Below, in pieces: positions 58,873 through 64,000 of a DNA stretch of 64,000 bases. The notes beneath the pieces are model-generated. The model worked only from the letters and a program-made list of their open reading frames with translations. It had not been told where the DNA came from and made no database searches. Both the position numbers and the translations under genes were made by a program. Origin of the DNA: an uncultured Rikenellaceae bacterium (GTDB lineage: Bacteria; Bacteroidota; Bacteroidia; Bacteroidales; VadinHA17); contig CAZGKI010000002.1 of NCBI GenBank assembly GCA_964526345.1, forward strand, positions 102,705 through 166,704, in the 5' to 3' direction. The first letter of the stretch is position 1. Every line of letters starts with the position of its first letter.

Positions 58873-58970
58873 AACAATATGAAATATAAATATTTAAAAA
58901 ATTTTACTCCACCTTAGTCTTAATTCACCTTCCTCCCCGGGTGAAGGACTGGAAGGGATTAAACGTCAGG

Positions 58971-60182
58971 TTATTTAACCTGCTGCAATCTTGTCAAAGC
59001 ATACCTGATATCATCACTGAGTTCAGGTACCTCTGAAAGACTCTTGATAACCGGAATTGAATATTCTGATCCCATCCAGCTTAATTCGCGGAGTATCAGT
59101 TTTTTCGACTCCAGAGTTGCCTGGGAATTTTTTAGAATATCATCCATTCTTTTTTCGATACTTAAAAGTCTCTTTTCATCGCCTGCGGCTTTGCGTATAT
59201 GGCTTTGAATACATATAAAATACTTTGTACTTTTAGGAATATCATAATTGCCAATGTTGGCAAATGCATCATCAAGAGTTATCTCTTTGTAATCGGATCT
59301 CAGGACCACTCCTGCAACCGACGGGAAATCAAACGGTACTTCCTGTGTTACCGTTCCTGAAGCCGCCCACTCTGCACCTCTCTGGAGTGTGACAATGAAT
59401 CCCGTGCAGTGCATTGCAGGTCCGCCATCATCATCAGCATGTCCCAGGGTAGTATGGAAGATCCTTCCTTTGTCATAATTAATAACCATCAGTATTGGTT
59501 CGTCCCTGCCTGTTCCGCCAAAATTTGTATCAGCAAAAGCAGTGGCAAGCACCTGCATATTTTTAGCAGGGCCGCGAAGCTGCTGGTATAGCTCATCGCT
59601 CCCATGCATCCATCTCACAGGCAATCCTTTGGTTATCGGATGATCAGTGATGCGTGTTATCACTTCAAATTCGTGCCTTTTCCCGTTCGAGCCTGCAATA
59701 CCTGCTGAAGTATCAACAATCAGCTCATTCCTTTTATAATAGACATAGGGGCCACTTTTTTCATTGCGGTTATTCCAGCCTCCCAGTCCTGTCATTTCAT
59801 TGTATTCTTTCCAGTCAGGAAAAGAGATACCGGAGCCGTGGCAGATAACAACCCCTCCCCCGTTCTTAACATATTCAACAAATTCTTGATTTGTCGTCTC
59901 AGGCCATTGATCACCGCTGTAATCGAGTACTACAAGCTTATATTTTGAAAAATCAGGTTTGAAAGAAGACATGTCGCTGCCTTTTTCAGGTGTAGTAACA
60001 ATCTTGCAGTCAAACAATCCTGTTTCATCGAGGATCTGTTTAAGGACAGGAGAACTTGCTTTCCAGTTATATTCGCTCTGACCCGTGATTATCAATGTTT
60101 TATACACTTCACCCTTCTTGCACGAAGAGAATGTTGCAAACAATAGTGCTGCTATTAAAAGAATTATATTTTGCTTCTTCAT
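58971..60182 (-). CDS. ThuA-domain protein with C-terminal helical repeat extension, lipoprotein signal
   Basis: The start is placed at MKKQNIILL. The lipobox is TFSSC. The core is ThuA-like (LIITGQSEYNW, GGGVVICHGSG). About 100 aa of helical repeats follow at the C-terminus. Confidence 0.75.
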   Translation of the reverse strand: MKKQNIILLIAALLFATFSSCKKGEVYKTLIITGQSEYNWKASSPVLKQILDETGLFDCKIVTTPEKGSDMSSFKPDFSKYKLVVLDYSGDQWPETTNQEFVEYVKNGGGVVICHGSGISFPDWKEYNEMTGLGGWNNRNEKSGPYVYYKRNELIVDTSAGIAGSNGKRHEFEVITRITDHPITKGLPVRWMHGSDELYQQLRGPAKNMQVLATAFADTNFGGTGRDEPILMVINYDKGRIFHTTLGHADDDGGPAMHCTGFIVTLQRGAEWAASGTVTQEVPFDFPSVAGVVLRSDYKEITLDDAFANIGNYDIPKSTKYFICIQSHIRKAAGDEKRLLSIEKRMDDILKNSQATLESKKLILRELSWMGSEYSIPVIKSLSEVPELSDDIRYALTRLQQVK

Positions 60183-60192
60183 TTTCTTGATT

Positions 60193-61506
60193 TTAAACGG
60201 TAGGTAATGTCCATGGCTGGCGGTATGGTCTGCTGAGCAATCTGCTTGCCCGTGTGTTGCCAATTATCTCTTCCTTATCAGGATCCCACCTGATCGTCTG
60301 GCCGGTAGTCATTGCTATTTCACCCAGAAGACCTACAGAAATAGCCCTGTATGCACCATCAATGGGAGCTATTGGCTGGTTTCCGGAATGAACACAATCG
60401 ATGAAATTCTGCCAGTGGTTTTCACTCTTATAAAGGTGTATCTCATTTTCCCCGATCACTTCTTCAAGGATCTTAGGGTCTGAAGCAGAGAGTTTATTTC
60501 CCCTGTCGGTATGTATCCAGCCTTTATCGCCATACCATGTTGTTCCCATTCCCATCTTCAGTCTTGAAGAATTGGCAACTCTCATTTCAATACCGTTGGC
60601 ATATTTACATGTAAAGTCGTATTCAACCGGAACATTATATATTCCTTCAGCAGGGTAGACCCCGGCACCTGATATTTCAACAGGCCCGGTATGCTCAAGT
60701 CCGGCCCCCCAGTTAGCAATATCGATATGATGTCCTGACCAGTCTGTCAGCTGACCTCCTGAATAATCGAGTATCCATCGCCAGTTCCAGTGCGAAACAC
60801 CACGGTATGCAACTTTGGGAGCAGGTCCAAGCCACATTTCCCAGTTCAGTTCAGGAGGGACATCCATAACAGGAGGAGTACCTATACCTCTGCCACCGTC
60901 GGGCAAACCAACCTCAATAAATTTAATTTTCCCGGCTCGCCCATTAATTGCGAGCTCTGCACCTCTCTGAAAGTTGGGCAATGATCGCTGCCAGCTGCCC
61001 GTCTGCCAGATAATATTGTTTTTCTTTACGGCAGCAACTATAGTCTGACCATCTTTTATTGTACGACATATAGGTTTTTCACCATATACATTCAATTTTT
61101 TATTTACTGCATCAGTATAAATAATACCGTGCCAGTGGTCTGGTAAGGCAATAGATACAGCATCCAGCTTCTCTTTCTCAAGAAATTCCCTGAAGTCACT
61201 GTATGTTCTACAATCTGTGCTCTTATTTGCGGTATCGACAGTCTCCTTTGCCTTTGCCAGGCGGTTGGCATCAACATCGCAAACAGCTACGAATCTGACT
61301 GCATCTTTCAGACGCAGAAAATCTCTCATATTTGCCATACCCTGCGATCCGGTTCCAATCGATCCGATTACAATACGATCGCCAGGTGCCATGTTACCTC
61401 CCATTCCAAGTACTTTGGAGGGAATAATAACAGGGAAAACAAATGCTCCTGCAGCAGCTGCTGCTGATCGTTTAACGAATTCTCTTCTTGATGATTTTTG
61501 TGACAT
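60193..61506 (-). CDS. Gfo/Idh/MocA oxidoreductase with twin-arginine signal
   Basis: Tat motif SSRREFVKRSAAAAAGAF, Rossmann motif VIGSIGTGSQG, and the GEKP motif. Confidence 0.85.
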   Translation of the reverse strand: MSQKSSRREFVKRSAAAAAGAFVFPVIIPSKVLGMGGNMAPGDRIVIGSIGTGSQGMANMRDFLRLKDAVRFVAVCDVDANRLAKAKETVDTANKSTDCRTYSDFREFLEKEKLDAVSIALPDHWHGIIYTDAVNKKLNVYGEKPICRTIKDGQTIVAAVKKNNIIWQTGSWQRSLPNFQRGAELAINGRAGKIKFIEVGLPDGGRGIGTPPVMDVPPELNWEMWLGPAPKVAYRGVSHWNWRWILDYSGGQLTDWSGHHIDIANWGAGLEHTGPVEISGAGVYPAEGIYNVPVEYDFTCKYANGIEMRVANSSRLKMGMGTTWYGDKGWIHTDRGNKLSASDPKILEEVIGENEIHLYKSENHWQNFIDCVHSGNQPIAPIDGAYRAISVGLLGEIAMTTGQTIRWDPDKEEIIGNTRASRLLSRPYRQPWTLPTV

Positions 61507-61511
61507 ATTGG

Positions 61512-62882
61512 TTAAATTATTTGACCCTTGATCGGGTTGGTTAGTGAACTGATTACAGGTGTTCCCGGAACAGGTACGGGGAATTCCATATTGACCGGTC
61601 CGAATTCTATTTTCTTCGGACCCAGATCCATATCCGATTTAAAAATTTCGTCCCAGAGTACAGCTTTGCCGGTATAGGCGGCTGTTCTTCCCATAATGCC
61701 GGTAAGTGTTGATATTGCAGTCTGTTCTGCTTCATTTACATAGTTACCTGTCCTGATGGCATAAACAAGATGCATATGCTCCTGGACATAAGGGGGAATC
61801 ACTGTCTGGTTCATAGAATTCCCGTTTTCGTCTTTCGGGTATTCAAATTCCCAGATAACTTTTCCGCCGAGATCCCAAATCTTATTCTGGCAGTTGGTGT
61901 ATCCTTTCGTGCCCATTATCAATTCACCTGTGCCGTTTGCACAGCTGTCAATCTGCCTGCACATGCTGTGAGAACTTACGCCATCGCCATAATCAAAATC
62001 AATACTGAAAAAATCATACTGGTCACCGGTGATTCTTCTTGCTCTTCCCCCGTAACCAATGGCTTTTTCCGGGTGCTTACCCAGAAACCAGTTGATAACA
62101 TCAATATTATGCACATGAGTATCAAGTATATGATCACCACAGAGCCAGCAGAAGTTATTCCAGTTACGTATCATGTACTCCATATCATTCCAGCCCGGTT
62201 CGCGCTCCCTGAACCAGACATGATCCTGGTTCCAAAAAGCCTTTGCTGATGTAATTCTTCCAATAGCACCGTCCATCACCTTTTTGTAGATCTCGATATA
62301 GTCTTCCTGGTGTCGACGCTGTGTACCGGTAACAACATTCAAACCAATAGCCTCTGCTTTTTTCGCTGATGTGATAATTGAGCGTATTCCAGCAGGATCA
62401 ACGGCAACAGGTTTTTCCATGAACACATGTTTGTTGGTTGTCACAGCTTCAAGGAAATGCTCGGGCCGGAACTGACAAGGTGTAGCCAGGATGACGACAT
62501 CGACATCCGGAAGAGCCATAAGTTTTTTATATGCGTCAAACCCGGCAAAACAATTTTCAGCAGGTATTGGCAGGTTGAATGATGCAAATCGTTCACGGCA
62601 CGCATCAATCTTGTCCTGAAACACATCAGCCAGAGCCACGATCTCAAGATCAGGTCCCGAGCTGATGAAATTAATAGCAGCGCCGGTACCTCTTGCTCCG
62701 GCACCTATCAGTCCGGCTCTCAGCTTTTTACCACTGGGTGCGCCCCTGAGTATGGGTGGCAATCCTAATTCCTTCACTTCCGGTTTACGCTTGCAGGCCG
62801 AAATTAAAGCTCCTGCACCAGCCAGGCCGATTCCGGCTAAAGCCGTTTTCCCTATAAACTTCCTTCTGTTAATATTCTCCAT
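61512..62882 (-). CDS. Gfo/Idh/MocA oxidoreductase with twin-arginine lipoprotein signal
   Basis: Tat motif NRRKFIGKTALAGIGLAGAGALISAC (lipobox Cys), Rossmann motif GLIGAGARGTGA, and the MEKP motif. Confidence 0.85.
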   Translation of the reverse strand: MENINRRKFIGKTALAGIGLAGAGALISACKRKPEVKELGLPPILRGAPSGKKLRAGLIGAGARGTGAAINFISSGPDLEIVALADVFQDKIDACRERFASFNLPIPAENCFAGFDAYKKLMALPDVDVVILATPCQFRPEHFLEAVTTNKHVFMEKPVAVDPAGIRSIITSAKKAEAIGLNVVTGTQRRHQEDYIEIYKKVMDGAIGRITSAKAFWNQDHVWFREREPGWNDMEYMIRNWNNFCWLCGDHILDTHVHNIDVINWFLGKHPEKAIGYGGRARRITGDQYDFFSIDFDYGDGVSSHSMCRQIDSCANGTGELIMGTKGYTNCQNKIWDLGGKVIWEFEYPKDENGNSMNQTVIPPYVQEHMHLVYAIRTGNYVNEAEQTAISTLTGIMGRTAAYTGKAVLWDEIFKSDMDLGPKKIEFGPVNMEFPVPVPGTPVISSLTNPIKGQII

Positions 62883-62928
62883 TTATTATTGGTTTTCAAT
62901 CAATTATTTTTTTTTAAACCTCTTCAGC

Positions 62929-64000
62929 CTACTCCTCCAGCGAACTATCCGCCTCACATACCACTCTGAATCCCACATCTATACAATCGGAATACCACCA
63001 GATGCTTTTTGGCATTTGGGGATCTGTGACCAGCCATGCTTTGGTTTTCGTAAAGTCGCGTGCCGCGCTTCGCACATCTTTAGCATCGCTTTTAAATGAG
63101 CCTCCCCTGATGACATATTCCTGTCCCTTGAACGGACCCTTTGGGTTAATACGCAGAGAGTCTGCCTTATAAAAATCCGGGGAATAATAATCTGAGCAAA
63201 ATTCTGCAACGTTGCCCGACATGTTTTTCAGGCCGAATGGATTACTTTTCACAAATGAAGGTTCTTCAGTTTTAGATGGACTGTTCACATTATATACAAC
63301 TCTTGATGCTATATTAGTTGTATCGGGTCCGAAGATCCTTTTCAGGAAACCCGCTTTTGAGAATTTTCCGGGACTACCCGGAAAGAAATAGGGTGTTTCT
63401 GTTCCACCCCTGCAGGCATATTCCCATTCTGCTTCCGTAGGCAGCCGGTATTTTTTCCCGGTCACCTTCGAGAGCCACTGGCAATAAACGTTCGCGGCAT
63501 GCCACGACATGGTTATGGCGGGTCTCTCTCCTTTGCCCCATCCCTGGTCAGGGGCACCCCACGGAGGTGTAGCCCCGCTTATTGCATCTGTCTTCCTGCT
63601 CGTAACAACCTGTCCTTCAGTTCTTCCCTGTGAGCTGGTCGCTCTGAAAAAAGCCAGATATTCATTCCATGTGACTTCAGTTTTTGCTATCCAGAACCTG
63701 GTAATTGTAACCTCTCTTACCGGCCCTTCGTCGGCATCCCGAAGCGTCTCATTATCAGGACTCCCCATATTAAAAGTACCTCCTGGAAGAGCTACCATAT
63801 CGAAAGAAACCCTGGTTCCCGGGATCATCTCGGTAAAATTTTCAAATTTAGTGACCTTAGCAGGCTCGGGAAATGGAGGTTCAGTTGATGTGATTGTCAC
63901 TCCAAAGGTAGAATCATGCGTATGGGCTGCCGTATTTCTATCATAATGACCTACATTGAGGTGGCAATTTATACAGTTCAATGGTTCTTTACTGGTGGTA
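62929..64000 (-). CDS. Formylglycine-generating-enzyme (SUMF1/FGE-sulfatase) domain protein with an N-terminal CxxCH motif; 5' end outside the window
   Basis: FGE-domain motifs are EAEWEYACRGG, MSGNVAEF and RGGSF. CINCH lies at the first residues of the listed ORF, whose first codon is TTG. The frame stays open to position 64000, so the gene is likely partial. Confidence 0.75.
   Translation of the reverse strand, partial: TTSKEPLNCINCHLNVGHYDRNTAAHTHDSTFGVTITSTEPPFPEPAKVTKFENFTEMIPGTRVSFDMVALPGGTFNMGSPDNETLRDADEGPVREVTITRFWIAKTEVTWNEYLAFFRATSSQGRTEGQVVTSRKTDAISGATPPWGAPDQGWGKGERPAITMSWHAANVYCQWLSKVTGKKYRLPTEAEWEYACRGGTETPYFFPGSPGKFSKAGFLKRIFGPDTTNIASRVVYNVNSPSKTEEPSFVKSNPFGLKNMSGNVAEFCSDYYSPDFYKADSLRINPKGPFKGQEYVIRGGSFKSDAKDVRSAARDFTKTKAWLVTDPQMPKSIWWYSDCIDVGFRVVCEADSSLEE

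Noticed and set aside
62665-63099. A 144-aa plus-strand ORF bridging the 62883-62928 spacer.
   Set aside because: It runs antisense to the 5' end of one Gfo/Idh/MocA gene and the 3' end of the FGE-like gene. Its translation is low complexity, so it is judged spurious.

Overview
This window looks like a chromosomal segment of a Bacteroidota genome. Supporting signs are TTTG-N19-21-TAnnTTTG promoters, near absence of Shine-Dalgarno sequences, an S46 peptidase, a PorT-like gene and DUF3467 after rpoC. All calls come from reading the ORF translations and the DNA by eye; no searches or computations were run.

The centre (14.6-29.7 kb, minus strand) is the conserved translation/transcription block: rpsU, a XerC-like recombinase, hpf, tRNA-Thr/Tyr/Gly/Thr, tuf, tRNA-Trp, secE, nusG, rplK, rplA, rplJ, rplL, rpoB, rpoC and DUF3467.

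- **Left flank:** a 7TMR-DISM histidine kinase, a 1417-aa fused double activase/dehydratase-like protein, pdxB, an MBL gene remnant, an S46 peptidase, and maf, a UbiA-family gene and kdsC.
- **Right flank:** a ComEA-like protein, an Omp85 protein, TrmH, and a ClC channel with four CBS motifs. These are followed by a tightly packed membrane Fe-S/Cys-motif gene set behind a membrane LytTR regulator, then the ubiE, porT-like and FAD-protein operon.
- **From about 49.7 kb to the window end:** a carbohydrate oxidation locus. It carries DUF1080, two xylose-isomerase-like TIM barrels, an MFS transporter, three Gfo/Idh/MocA enzymes (two with Tat signals), ThuA and a CxxCH-bearing FGE-like protein. A GT2/GT39-TPR glycosylation module interrupts it.

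I recognised no CRISPR array, transposase, phage gene or classical defence gene. I cannot point to a clearly novel multi-gene system with confidence. The best leads are:

1. Seven ATATTA hexamers in exact 16-bp register at 53032-53143.
2. A 584-bp ORF-free locus at 29619-30202 with two plus-strand terminator-like hairpins.
3. The LytTR / CxxxC-membrane / polyferredoxin / ICMT gene set at 36576-40417.
4. The orphan fused activase at 2312-6565.
5. The Tat-exported oxidoreductase operon at the right edge.
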